A DNA stretch of 64,000 bases from Chitinophaga pinensis (GCA_945863605.1 CAMAZP010000001.1:152272-216271), one strand, 5' to 3'; shown: positions 20,001 to 29,042, counted from the stretch's first letter. Notes: a model not told the origin generated them from the letters alone. Numbers and translations are program-made.

Positions 20001-21657
20001 GTTGATGGATGGAGAATCTATTGATTTTGAAAAAAATAAGGGAGGCGAATCATCTTTTGAAACAGGAGCTGATTTAGTCAAAGATAATTTTTACTCTTTA
20101 GTTGAATCACAAGATTCACTTAAATTTAAATCTTTGAGTGCGAAATATGACTTGAAATCGCAAACTATTTTTTGTAGTAAAGTTGATTTTGTTGATATTG
20201 CGGATGTATTTATATATCCTGATAGTATGAAAGTAAACATTAGAAAAGGTGGAATAATGGATCCGTTTTCTAATGCTGTAATTATTGCTAATTCAGTTTC
20301 GAAATTTCACCGTTTTGAGGATGCAAATGTTCAAATAACATCAAGTAAATTGTTTAGTGGAAATGCCAAATATTTGTACTACGACCGAGATAGTGTCTTG
20401 ACAAAAGTTCAATTTTCAAATATTAAATCAAACGGAAAATATACAATTGGTATTGGTGAAATTTCTGAGGCAAGTAAATTTAAATTGAGTAAAGAATTTG
20501 ATTATTTCGGAAAAATAAATGTGTTTTCGAATTTGCAAGGAATCGTTTTAGATGGTCAAGCTCGCTTGAACCACACTTGTAAGTATGAAAAATCATGGAT
20601 GTCATTTACAGATACGATTTTGGCAAATAACATTCAAATTCCTATTGCTGAAAATCCAGTAAATGCCAAAGGAGAAAAATTATCAAACGGATTCCTTTGG
20701 AGAGATACTGAAAGAGCTGATAGTTTAAGAATCTATCCTTCCTTCATGTCTAAACAAGAAGGTGAAGTTGATGTGAGATTGTTTAATTCATTCGGTTATA
20801 TTCAATTCAATGATAAAGCAAATGAATTCCAGATTGCAAGCAAAGACCGCTTAAATAAAAAAGATTCTTTGACTAATATTTTGAAATTACATCTTGGAAC
20901 TTGTTCCGTTGGTGGAGAAGGTGATATTAGTCTTGGAATTAATTTAGGAGAAATGAAAACTGATTTATACGGTAAAATCGATTATGAGCCATCTGAAAAG
21001 AAAACCAGTATTTTAGCAAATGCGAAAATTGATTTCATCATATCAAAAGATGTCATTGAAGGACTAGCTAATAAATTCAAAATAGTTGAAGACTTTCCAG
21101 AGTTAGATCTTAAAGATCCAAAATATAACATGAGAAATACACTTTCACATTGGTCTACCAAAAAAACAATGGAAGATGTAATGCGTAATTTTGATGAAGA
21201 ACGTTTACGTAAAATGCCTTCTTCATTAGAAAACACATTTATTTTAACTGGTCTTGTTCTTGAATCATATGGGTCTTCAAATGCAGGAGGAAGAAAAAGT
21301 GAGAAAGGTATTATTTCTAGAGAATCTAAAGTTGGAATAATGGGAATGAATGGAAATGCAGTTATGAAAGTTGTTGATTTTGATTTATTTTTCCTTCAAA
21401 CTCATTCAAAAGAATCTGGTCAAGGATTTTCTTGGAACATATCATTGCCGAATGAAAGAAAGTATTTTGTCAATTACTCAATGGATAAAAAAGATGGAAC
21501 TTTATTATTTTATACCAATGATGATATTTTCAATAAATCGATAATGGATATAAAACCGGAAAAACGAAAATCAAAGAACTTTACTTTTGATATTGCCGAA
21601 GAGGCCATTGGTAGAGCACTTGTTTCAAAGTTCAAAGGATATTTTTTATATAGATAA
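17059..21657 (+). CDS. Very large (1532 aa) secreted or anchored protein of unknown function
   Basis: Uninterrupted 4.6-kb ORF in AT-rich DNA. N-terminal hydrophobic segment MRFTKLLLTISALFYFNTSIAQ. No catalytic or sorting motif that I recognise. Confidence 0.6.
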   Translation: MRFTKLLLTISALFYFNTSIAQDFTKEREKFIKEWQKLVTDPDAAYFCKEVLPKILKGTTINDGQFSKIVDNCNALKAKEVPVYPELYQFLAASLYQIENKFPSVFNTEWYSILTGFQAKDLTKFTEFLDFSYDLFKYKSIYKEDGFRWFFEIGNMTWNNDKKLTIKCQEGNLVCRVYDGKRVADSSIVYNTSGVLDVFGSKWDGKAGVIDWQKVKFDKEKTYAKIRGYRCDLKSAQVKVDTVELTTPYFKKPILGKLADKTILEMNEGESSPQFISFEKRLKIPDLRENIDYDGGFTLKGAEFIGSGTENNPAKIFFKRNNNKLIEISSVNFQMDPAKIIARKSSVKMFYTNGDSLYIKEAFIFLDENKQELSVTAAKKGYDFVPFEDYYFNLFVNAPVFVYKLNTPLAYFTYEIGTSQEQKVASIISQNYFDQAVYQKFKGMGNVHPFNIIANKCESMKKYDFSEGDLATMMNKTVTQAKPELVDLAAAGFLTYNSINNLIHVEKKLINYAKSGTGEMDFDNIKVVSDLRPLKLTYSAQEIANDPYLKSMQADYVKKTTKRQQVIAYALIDIDKRTMRMNEVDEVQISAAQKTDIYPDSSYIIFEKDRNIRFAGWLVAGKLEVHSSGMLFDYKEFKVNIPTSDYAFFRVKPLRKEDGTDFIPMVSALSFMKGEVQIDNKETKSGKAGKNAEFPFLKSVQETKVFYNSKDILKGAYDSTRFYYTVQPFNLDSLDNFSEKAFSLVGELNSGGIFPKITENLKIMNDYSFGFVTQAPAGGFSFYGTESKYDNKIVLSNNGLQGTGTINFLHSTSVSNKLTFLPDSTIGIAKFINKQISTGVPYPSVVSESAYINYQPKKETLLASSIREVPLTMFNGETDLTGTVVIDKTGITGYGSLKFKEAVMKSNLYSFTDDNIKSNNTSFNLLNRFAKFGEDPLSIQADNLQADVSFKNRKGNFNAIGTKIIKFPANNYYCQMDRFIWLMDGESIDFEKNKGGESSFETGADLVKDNFYSLVESQDSLKFKSLSAKYDLKSQTIFCSKVDFVDIADVFIYPDSMKVNIRKGGIMDPFSNAVIIANSVSKFHRFEDANVQITSSKLFSGNAKYLYYDRDSVLTKVQFSNIKSNGKYTIGIGEISEASKFKLSKEFDYFGKINVFSNLQGIVLDGQARLNHTCKYEKSWMSFTDTILANNIQIPIAENPVNAKGEKLSNGFLWRDTERADSLRIYPSFMSKQEGEVDVRLFNSFGYIQFNDKANEFQIASKDRLNKKDSLTNILKLHLGTCSVGGEGDISLGINLGEMKTDLYGKIDYEPSEKKTSILANAKIDFIISKDVIEGLANKFKIVEDFPELDLKDPKYNMRNTLSHWSTKKTMEDVMRNFDEERLRKMPSSLENTFILTGLVLESYGSSNAGGRKSEKGIISRESKVGIMGMNGNAVMKVVDFDLFFLQTHSKESGQGFSWNISLPNERKYFVNYSMDKKDGTLLFYTNDDIFNKSIMDIKPEKRKSKNFTFDIAEEAIGRALVSKFKGYFLYR

Positions 21658-21660
21658 ACT

Positions 21661-22290
21661 ATGCTTATTATTATTAATGTATTAATTGCCTATTTAATTG
21701 GTTCTATACCTACAGCTTTTTGGGTTGGGAAATATTTTCATGGAATTGATATTCGTGAACATGGAAGTAAAAATGCTGGAGCTACTAATACTTTTCGTGT
21801 ACTTGGGAAAAAATCAGGATGGTTCGTTTTATTAGTTGATGTTCTTAAAGGTGTCGCCGCTGCTACTTTACCCTATTGGTTTCAAAGTCATTTTATCGGA
21901 TTTAAAGATGAATTATTAATTACTCAACTTAGTGCTTCATTCAGTGCCGTTTTTGGTCATGTTTTTCCAATTTTAGCAGCTTTTCGAGGCGGAAAGGGCG
22001 TTGCAACTTCATTGGGTATTGTAATTGGCATAAATCCCCTTGCTGCAGCTATTTGCCTTATTGTTTTTCTTTTTGTATTTATTTTTTCAAAATATGTTTC
22101 TTTGGGTGCAATTTTAGCAGCTTTATTTTTTCCTTTCGTTAGTTATTTCATTTTAAAAAACGACATTCAAATTATGATTATTTTTACCATAGTGCTTTCA
22201 TTATTGGTGATTGTTGCTCACCGTAAAAACATTTCTAGATTACTAAAAGGTGAGGAAAATAAAATGAACCTTTTAAGAGAGAAAGCGTAA
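21661..22290 (+). CDS. plsY: Glycerol-3-phosphate acyltransferase PlsY
   Basis: GSKNAGATN and FRGGKGVAT motifs in a polytopic membrane protein of about 209 aa. Confidence 0.9.
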   Translation: MLIIINVLIAYLIGSIPTAFWVGKYFHGIDIREHGSKNAGATNTFRVLGKKSGWFVLLVDVLKGVAAATLPYWFQSHFIGFKDELLITQLSASFSAVFGHVFPILAAFRGGKGVATSLGIVIGINPLAAAICLIVFLFVFIFSKYVSLGAILAALFFPFVSYFILKNDIQIMIIFTIVLSLLVIVAHRKNISRLLKGEENKMNLLREKA

Positions 22291-22334
22291 TATTCAAATT
22301 GAATTAATTGTGTGCTTTGCCTACTGAATACCGC

Positions 22335-25300
22335 ATGTTACGTTTATTCTTGTTATTCCTTGCCTTGAATTTTATAAATGATATTCAGGCACAGAAAGAA
22401 ATTGAGCAAAAAAAAAGAGCAGACTCCTACTTTAAGAATCAACAATATGAATTAGCAATTAGCGATTACCGTCAACTTTTGGCTCAAAATCAAAAGAATA
22501 TGGAAATCAATTTTAAATATGCGGCTTGTCTTTTTCACACTGAAGATATCAAACTTTCAACTCGTTATTTCGATTTAGTTTTAAACCAAACAGATGTTCC
22601 AATTGATGCTTATTATTACCGAGCTAAAATTTATCAACATCAGTACAATTTCACTAAAGCAATTCAATTTTTCACGAAGTATCTTGAATTAAAACCCAAG
22701 AAAGAACAAACATTTGATGCACAATCAGAAATAAATTTTTGTAAGCAAGCAAAAAGTGCAATTGGCCAACCTTCTTCCTTAAAGATTTTGGAACGATCGG
22801 TTTCTCCGGGAATTGATTTTTACAAACATTATGTTTTCACAACTAATAATTATAGTTTCTATTTAATTGATGATGTTTTTGAAAAGCAAAATTCAAAGAA
22901 TAAATACAAGCCAACTTATGCTTTTTTACGTGGAATGCGTTATCGTATTTTTGCTAGTTACAATGACAATTCTCAAAGCGGAAAAGATCTGTTTATTCAG
23001 AAAAGAGATGAAAAAGGAGAGTGGGGTAAACCAATTCAACTTTGTCCAGAAATCAATTCAACATCGGATGAAGATTTTCCATTCCTTGACGAAATTGAAG
23101 GAGTTTTATACTTCAGTTCAAGGGGACACGGATCAATTGGAGGTTATGATTTATTTAAAGTGAAGTATAATTTGAATGAAAACACATGTTCTGAGTTAGT
23201 AAACCTTGGTTTCCCGTATTCTTCACCAAATGATGATTACTTCTTTATTCCAGATGTTGGAACACCAAATGCAATATTTGCAACCAATAGAAATGGAAAT
23301 GCAACAAAGATTGAAATTGTTAAGGTTGAAAAGGAACAAAAAAAGGTGGAAATGCTTTTCGTTAAAGGTGTTTTTTCTGATTTAATTGATTCGAAAAATA
23401 CAGATTTAGAAATTACGATTAAACATAAAGAAACAGGTGAAACTTTCGGTCCGATTTTCACTGATAAAGAAGGAAAATACCTCATTTGCTTGCCTAAGGA
23501 TGGTATTTATAGTTTCCAATCAAAGGTTGCTGGTTCGATTTCAGTTTTTACTAAAGATGTGGAACTTACGATACCACCAAAAGGTAAACAGTTTTCGCAA
23601 GAGATTAAATATGAAATGTTAAATTCCAAAGAAAATTTGATAATTATTTCAAAAATTATCAATGAAGTTTCCGATGATGAAATGAATTCATTGATGTTTG
23701 CTCAAGTTGGAAAGTTGGAAGTAAACGCGCTAACACTTCAGCAACAAGGAATAATAGCTGCTACTAACCCAGTTTCAAATAATGGAGAAATTAAAACTGA
23801 GCTGCATGAAAATCCACTTATTGAAGAATTATTGGATAAGGAAATTGACATTGAAAATCAGCTTAAAAATCAAATTATTGTACAGCAATTAATCAAAAAG
23901 AACGAAACCTTTATTGATGAAATACAAAAAGAAATTGAAGTATTACGTTCAACACAAAGTCAACAAACTTCTATTGAATTAAAAAAGAAGAACTTGGATG
24001 ATATTAAATTTAAGGAAGAGGAATTGAATAAAATTGTGAAGGAAACAATTGTTTTGAATGATTTAAAGATAGGTGAAACGGAAATTGTAGACAATAGAGA
24101 ACTATTGACGAAAGTGAGTGATTTAAATAATACGTTGGCAGAAGAACAATTAAAAGGTGAAATTCAAAAAGTTAATGATTTAATAACTACTAATCAAGGT
24201 TTGATAAACACTGCTACTGAGAAGAAAGCAACCACAATTGAAGAAATTATCAAAACAAAATCAACAATTATAGTTTCTAAGAAAGTTGAAAGTGAGAAGG
24301 AAATCAAGGAATTTCAACTTCAAGAACAAAAAATAATCAAAGAAATAGAGGATTTAAAAGTATCAAAAGAAGGAAAATCAAAAAAACAAGTTGAAGAAAT
24401 CGATATACTAATCAATCAAAAAGAAAAAAATCTTAAAACCATCCTACAAGTAAAAGACAACGTTCAATTTATGTTAGATGAGTTGATTCTTAAAGATTTA
24501 GCTTACAAGGAAAGTGAACAATTACTTGAGACTATAAATTTTAAATCAGCTGAAATTCCTCATGAGGATTTGGGTAAACCAAGTTCAATTTATGTTGAAA
24601 AGTTCAATAATTCAACTTTGTTTGATTTAGTAGCTGAAAATAAAAAATTAACACAGAATGAAACTCAGAAAATTGTTGACTTGGAAAAAGAAGTGATTTC
24701 TTCAACTCCATTATCAGTTAATCAATTAGCTGAAATTCAAGAAAAATATACATCCGATTTGTCAAAAGTTGAAGAAAGTTTACCTGCGATTGAAAAAGTA
24801 AATTTGAAGATTTCAAAGGAACAAAATTTTCAATCGAGTCTCACTGACCTTTTGAAAAAAGAATCAAATGAAGAACAAAAAGAGAAAATCAACGAATTAA
24901 TTCAATTGAGTACCACTCGTTTGGAAACGCTGGAACAAGAAAAAGAAACGTTAATTAAAACAACCAATGAAGTTAAGCCAAATCCAGCGACTACTCCAGT
25001 TACCGTTAATGAATTAGCAATTGTTCAAGAAAAATATACTTCCGATTTGTCAAAAGTTGAAAGCGATTTGCCTGCGATTGAAAAAGTTGATTTAAGGATT
25101 TCAAACGAGCAAATTTTACAAGCGAGTCTCACTGAACTTTTGAAAAAAGAATCAAATGAAGAACAAAAAGAGAAAATCAACGAATTAATTCAATTGAGTA
25201 CTACTCGTTTGGAAACGCTGGAACAAGAAAAAGAAACGTTAATTAAAACATCCAATGAAGTTAAACCAAATCCAGCGACTACTCCAGTTACCGTTAATGA

Positions 25301-27773
25301 ATTAGCAATTGTTCAAGAAAAATATACTTCCGATTTATCAAAAATTGAAAGCGATTTGCCTGCGATTGAAAATGTAAATTTAAGGATTTCAAAGGAACAA
25401 AATTTTCAATCGAGTCTTATTGACCTTTTGAAAAAAGAATCAAATGAAGAACAAAAGGAGAAGATCAACGAATTGATTCAATTGAGTACCACTCGTTTGG
25501 AAACGCTAGTACAAGAAAAAGAAACGTTAAATAAAACATCCAATGAAGTTAAGCCAAATCCTGAAAACACAATTGTTTCTGAGGTAAAACCTAATCAAAC
25601 AGAACCAAAGATTAACGCTGAAAAACAAGAGATAGCAAAAGAAAGCCAAAAACAGATTGAAGTTTTAAACAGTCTTCAAAGTCAAAACGAAGCTAGAAGC
25701 AAGTCCCTTAATCAAGCGCTTAAAACGAAAAAAGAGGAATTACTTAAAACGACAAATCAAGATGAAATTGCACGTTTAGATATAGAAGTTCGTTCTTTGG
25801 AGGCGCAAATTCAAGTACAAAATAATCAAGCTTTTGTAAACGAAAAAAATAGCGCTATTAAGAAAGATTTTCCAACTTATGAGGTTTTATCTGAATCTGA
25901 AAGAAAGGCTAAAATAGCAAGTTTAAATCTTGACAAAGAACAATTAAAACAAAGGTTAAAAACAACTAATTCTCCACAAGACAAAAAAGCAATAGAACAA
26001 CAAATTGAAAGTATCGATTCCTCAATTGAAACGCTTGAAGGACTGACGATTAGTGAGAAAAGAGAAGAGCAGTCTATCGTTTTAGTAGAAACAGATGTTT
26101 TAGATAATGATGAATTAACAAAAAAAGCAGCGTCTCCAAACTATGCTAACTACATTCTGAAAAGAAACGAAATAACACAATTAGACAATGAAGTAGCAGC
26201 ATTAACTTCTGAAACTAATTCGCTTAGAAAAAATCTAAATCAAGAAATAAATAAAGATTCTCAAGTTGAAATCAGTTCAAAACAAAGAGAATTATTGACT
26301 AAAATCACAGAAAACCAACAACAGATAAGTGAAAAGCAAATTTTGAGAAACCAAAAAGCAAAGGATTTAGTTCAAGTTCCCGAAGCTTCTAATTATGAAT
26401 GGATGCTCAATAATTCCATTGAAGCAACTGTTCCAGCTCAATCATCAACTATTGTCTTAACCAATTCAAGTATTGAGACTTCATTCAAAATGATTGATAA
26501 ACAGACCGTTGATCTATCAGTTCCTTTGCCTGTGAATATTAAAAATCCAAGGGGTTTAGTTTATCGTGTTCAAGTAGGAGCATTCAGAAAACCTGTTCCA
26601 ATTGAATTTTTTAGAGAATTTACTCCGGTTTCAGGTGATATTCTCCCAAATGGTTTAACTTGTTATATGGCCGGATATTTTAATAATGTAAATATAGCTT
26701 CCACTGCCAAAAATGACATTCGAGCAATAGGTTACAAGGATGCATTTATAGTTGCTTATTGTGATGGAAAACGGATTTCATTTGCTGAAGCTAAAGCTCT
26801 TGAAGCGACCAGGGCTTGTATTCCGTTGACAGATAATGAACTGAAAATGGCAGTTCTTGAAAGCTTGCCAATTCAAACCGTAAATGAATCAAACATAGCT
26901 TTTGTTCAAAACAAGTCAGAAGCAGATAAACAAATCATTGATATAACTTATAATCAAGGGCCAGGAGCAGTGGAAGCTGTTGCTGTTGAATCATTGAAAG
27001 CTTTGTTTTACACTGTTCAATTTGGTGTTTACAACAAACCAGTAAAACAGGAACAATTGCCAGGATTTACAGAATTGTTTACTTCTAAATCAGCCAAAGG
27101 TCAAATTCGTTATTCAACTGGAAATTTTCAATCGATTGACAATGCCAAAGCAAGAAGAAAAGAAGCCGTTGAAAAGGGTATTGCAGATGCTTTCATTGTT
27201 GCTTATTACCAAGGAAAAAGAATTACATTGGCTGAAGCGAATCAATTAATTGGGCGTTTTGGACCAAGTGTTTTTGAAGAAAAACCGGTATTGGAATCTT
27301 CTCCATCAACTACAAATAATACAAACACTACAAATTCAGTTGCTGGTGAACCAATCGTAATTCTTCAGAAAAAAGAAGTTGAAGAGAAAGTTTATAAATA
27401 TGAGCAAACAGTAGATGAGGAAAATGTAAGGGTACTTTTAGAGCAATTAAATCAAACTGGAATTTTCACATATAACCCACAAACGAGTAAAGTTACATCT
27501 AGTTACATGAGAGAAAATCAATTAACTGCTGCATTTTTGAATACAGTTGTTGATATGAGTGAAATAATAATTGCACAAGAAAAAGTAAAACTAATTACCT
27601 TTGTATTGAAATCAAGCAATTGGTCAGGTTCGTTTGGAAATTGGATGCTGCATTGTCCTTATGAATTTAAAACTTTGAATAATAATGAAATTCAATTCTT
27701 CCCCAAAACAATAGAGGAGGAAAATGAATTAAAACAACTAGCAAAAGAACTTTTAATTTCAATTTATGAATAA
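22335..27773 (+). CDS. Giant envelope protein: TPR + PD40-like + CarboxypepD_reg-like head, long coiled coil, two SPOR-like domains
   Basis: Signal peptide MLRLFLLFLALNFINDIQAQ (ATG 22335 preferred to TTG 22308). TPR-like helices. PD40-like DEDFPFLDEIEGVLYFSSRGHGSIGGYDLFKV. Reg-domain-like TDKEGKYLICLPKDGIYSFQ. About 800 aa of E/K/Q-rich sequence. Two SPOR-like modules: YRVQVGAFRKPV..DAFIVAYCDGKRISFAEAKAL and YTVQFGVYNKPV..DAFIVAYYQGKRITLAEANQL. Confidence 0.7.
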   Translation: MLRLFLLFLALNFINDIQAQKEIEQKKRADSYFKNQQYELAISDYRQLLAQNQKNMEINFKYAACLFHTEDIKLSTRYFDLVLNQTDVPIDAYYYRAKIYQHQYNFTKAIQFFTKYLELKPKKEQTFDAQSEINFCKQAKSAIGQPSSLKILERSVSPGIDFYKHYVFTTNNYSFYLIDDVFEKQNSKNKYKPTYAFLRGMRYRIFASYNDNSQSGKDLFIQKRDEKGEWGKPIQLCPEINSTSDEDFPFLDEIEGVLYFSSRGHGSIGGYDLFKVKYNLNENTCSELVNLGFPYSSPNDDYFFIPDVGTPNAIFATNRNGNATKIEIVKVEKEQKKVEMLFVKGVFSDLIDSKNTDLEITIKHKETGETFGPIFTDKEGKYLICLPKDGIYSFQSKVAGSISVFTKDVELTIPPKGKQFSQEIKYEMLNSKENLIIISKIINEVSDDEMNSLMFAQVGKLEVNALTLQQQGIIAATNPVSNNGEIKTELHENPLIEELLDKEIDIENQLKNQIIVQQLIKKNETFIDEIQKEIEVLRSTQSQQTSIELKKKNLDDIKFKEEELNKIVKETIVLNDLKIGETEIVDNRELLTKVSDLNNTLAEEQLKGEIQKVNDLITTNQGLINTATEKKATTIEEIIKTKSTIIVSKKVESEKEIKEFQLQEQKIIKEIEDLKVSKEGKSKKQVEEIDILINQKEKNLKTILQVKDNVQFMLDELILKDLAYKESEQLLETINFKSAEIPHEDLGKPSSIYVEKFNNSTLFDLVAENKKLTQNETQKIVDLEKEVISSTPLSVNQLAEIQEKYTSDLSKVEESLPAIEKVNLKISKEQNFQSSLTDLLKKESNEEQKEKINELIQLSTTRLETLEQEKETLIKTTNEVKPNPATTPVTVNELAIVQEKYTSDLSKVESDLPAIEKVDLRISNEQILQASLTELLKKESNEEQKEKINELIQLSTTRLETLEQEKETLIKTSNEVKPNPATTPVTVNELAIVQEKYTSDLSKIESDLPAIENVNLRISKEQNFQSSLIDLLKKESNEEQKEKINELIQLSTTRLETLVQEKETLNKTSNEVKPNPENTIVSEVKPNQTEPKINAEKQEIAKESQKQIEVLNSLQSQNEARSKSLNQALKTKKEELLKTTNQDEIARLDIEVRSLEAQIQVQNNQAFVNEKNSAIKKDFPTYEVLSESERKAKIASLNLDKEQLKQRLKTTNSPQDKKAIEQQIESIDSSIETLEGLTISEKREEQSIVLVETDVLDNDELTKKAASPNYANYILKRNEITQLDNEVAALTSETNSLRKNLNQEINKDSQVEISSKQRELLTKITENQQQISEKQILRNQKAKDLVQVPEASNYEWMLNNSIEATVPAQSSTIVLTNSSIETSFKMIDKQTVDLSVPLPVNIKNPRGLVYRVQVGAFRKPVPIEFFREFTPVSGDILPNGLTCYMAGYFNNVNIASTAKNDIRAIGYKDAFIVAYCDGKRISFAEAKALEATRACIPLTDNELKMAVLESLPIQTVNESNIAFVQNKSEADKQIIDITYNQGPGAVEAVAVESLKALFYTVQFGVYNKPVKQEQLPGFTELFTSKSAKGQIRYSTGNFQSIDNAKARRKEAVEKGIADAFIVAYYQGKRITLAEANQLIGRFGPSVFEEKPVLESSPSTTNNTNTTNSVAGEPIVILQKKEVEEKVYKYEQTVDEENVRVLLEQLNQTGIFTYNPQTSKVTSSYMRENQLTAAFLNTVVDMSEIIIAQEKVKLITFVLKSSNWSGSFGNWMLHCPYEFKTLNNNEIQFFPKTIEEENELKQLAKELLISIYE
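24708..25571 (+). repeat. Three in-frame tandem repeats of 288 bp (96 codons) inside the giant coiled-coil gene
   Basis: Units start at 24708, 24996 and 25284. By eye about nine of ten nucleotides are identical between units. The protein units begin PLSVNQLAEIQEKYTSDLSK / PVTVNELAIVQEKYTSDLSK. Confidence 0.95.
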
Positions 27774-28047
27774 TCACACTGAAACGCTTACTGATCCATT
27801 AGTTGAACTTTTAGAACAACAAATTGCTGAGTATTCAATCATTCTTTATAACGATGATTATAATACTTTTGACCATGTGATTTCTTGTTTAATGCGCTAC
27901 TGTGACCACGATATGATTCAAGCTGAGCAATGCGCTTGGATTGTTCACACAAATGGTAAATGCGTTGTTAAACATGGGATTTACGAAGATTTGGAACCTA
28001 TTTGTGTAGGCTTAATTGACAAAGGATTAAGTGCTAAAATTGAATAA
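27766..28047 (+). CDS. clpS: ATP-dependent Clp protease adaptor ClpS
   Basis: YSIILYNDDYNTFDHVI..CDHDMIQAEQCAWIVHTNGKCVV is the ClpS core. It overlaps the end of the giant gene by 8 nt. Confidence 0.9.
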   Translation: MNNHTETLTDPLVELLEQQIAEYSIILYNDDYNTFDHVISCLMRYCDHDMIQAEQCAWIVHTNGKCVVKHGIYEDLEPICVGLIDKGLSAKIE

Positions 28048-28079
28048 TGTTCGAACTTCAACTTAACTAGTTTAATATT

Positions 28080-28619
28080 ATGAAAATAACATTTGATTCT
28101 AAAGCTACACTTATACTTGCAACCCTAAGTTTAGTTGGTTTGTTTTTTGTCAATGCTTCAACAGAATCTGGTTCTATATTTATTTTGAACGGAGATTTTC
28201 AAGAGTCGAATCCAGTTTGGTATATAAGCACGCTAACTTATATTTTTGGACATGCTGATTTTGAACATGTTATTGGTAACTTATCAATTATTTTATTAGT
28301 TGGACCTTTAGTAGAATTAAAGTTTGGTTGGCAAAAATTCACTGTAATGGTTATAAGTACGGCAATTTTAACTGCCATTCTTCATACTTTGTTGTGGGAT
28401 AATGGTTTAATTGGAGCTAGTGGTATTGCTTTTATGTTGATTGTCGTAACTTCATTGTTGAATGCAAGAGGAAAAGATATTCCAATAACATTTATTCTTG
28501 TGGTTTTATTGTTTCTTGGACAAGAGATTTATTCTTCTTTCAAAGACGACCAAATATCTCATTTTGCTCATTTATTTGGCGGCGCTATGGGTGCTTTTTG
28601 GGGTTTCTACAGACATTAA
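28080..28619 (+). CDS. Rhomboid-family intramembrane serine protease
   Basis: Polytopic membrane protein with GASGIAF (GxSG catalytic serine) and HFAHLFGGAMG (catalytic histidine helix). Confidence 0.75.
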   Translation: MKITFDSKATLILATLSLVGLFFVNASTESGSIFILNGDFQESNPVWYISTLTYIFGHADFEHVIGNLSIILLVGPLVELKFGWQKFTVMVISTAILTAILHTLLWDNGLIGASGIAFMLIVVTSLLNARGKDIPITFILVVLLFLGQEIYSSFKDDQISHFAHLFGGAMGAFWGFYRH

Positions 28620-28681
28620 CTTGTTGAATATAAAAAGTATGAAACTTATGTAGTAAATCGCTTAAGTTCTGAAATAGCGAA

Positions 28682-29041
28682 CTAATTTTTCGATTTAATA
28701 AACAACAAACCAATTGATTGAAGTACCAATAATACACTAAAAAGTACTAAACTGTGATACACAACTACATTAGGTTTTTTCAAAAAAACAAACGCTGAAA
28801 CAATTGCAAGGAAAGATAACATTTGAACGGTTGTCATTGTAAGGTAACGAAACACAAATTCTTCTGGTTTATTTTTTCTTCCAATTTGCATAATTAAAAC
28901 ACTGATTGTGAAAATAAACAGATTACTACCACCTGCAATATTAGAAAGGAATAAGTCAATTGTAAACAAGTGCATTCGATTCAAAAGAATATAAATAAAT
29001 ATTGGTATAAAAATTAGTAACCAATGTTTTAGGAATAACAT
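28682..29041 (-). CDS. Small polytopic membrane protein, function unknown
   Basis: 119 aa with four hydrophobic segments. Only 1 nt separates it from the upstream AtpZ-like gene. Confidence 0.5.
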   Translation of the reverse strand: MLFLKHWLLIFIPIFIYILLNRMHLFTIDLFLSNIAGGSNLFIFTISVLIMQIGRKNKPEEFVFRYLTMTTVQMLSFLAIVSAFVFLKKPNVVVYHSLVLFSVLLVLQSIGLLFIKSKN

Positions 29042-29042
29042 A

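Noticed and set aside
24708-25571. Regularly spaced near-identical repeats that could superficially suggest a CRISPR-like array.
   Set aside because: The period is 288 bp with no short repeat/spacer alternation. The repeats are in frame inside a long CDS and translate to a coherent coiled-coil unit, and no cas genes are present.
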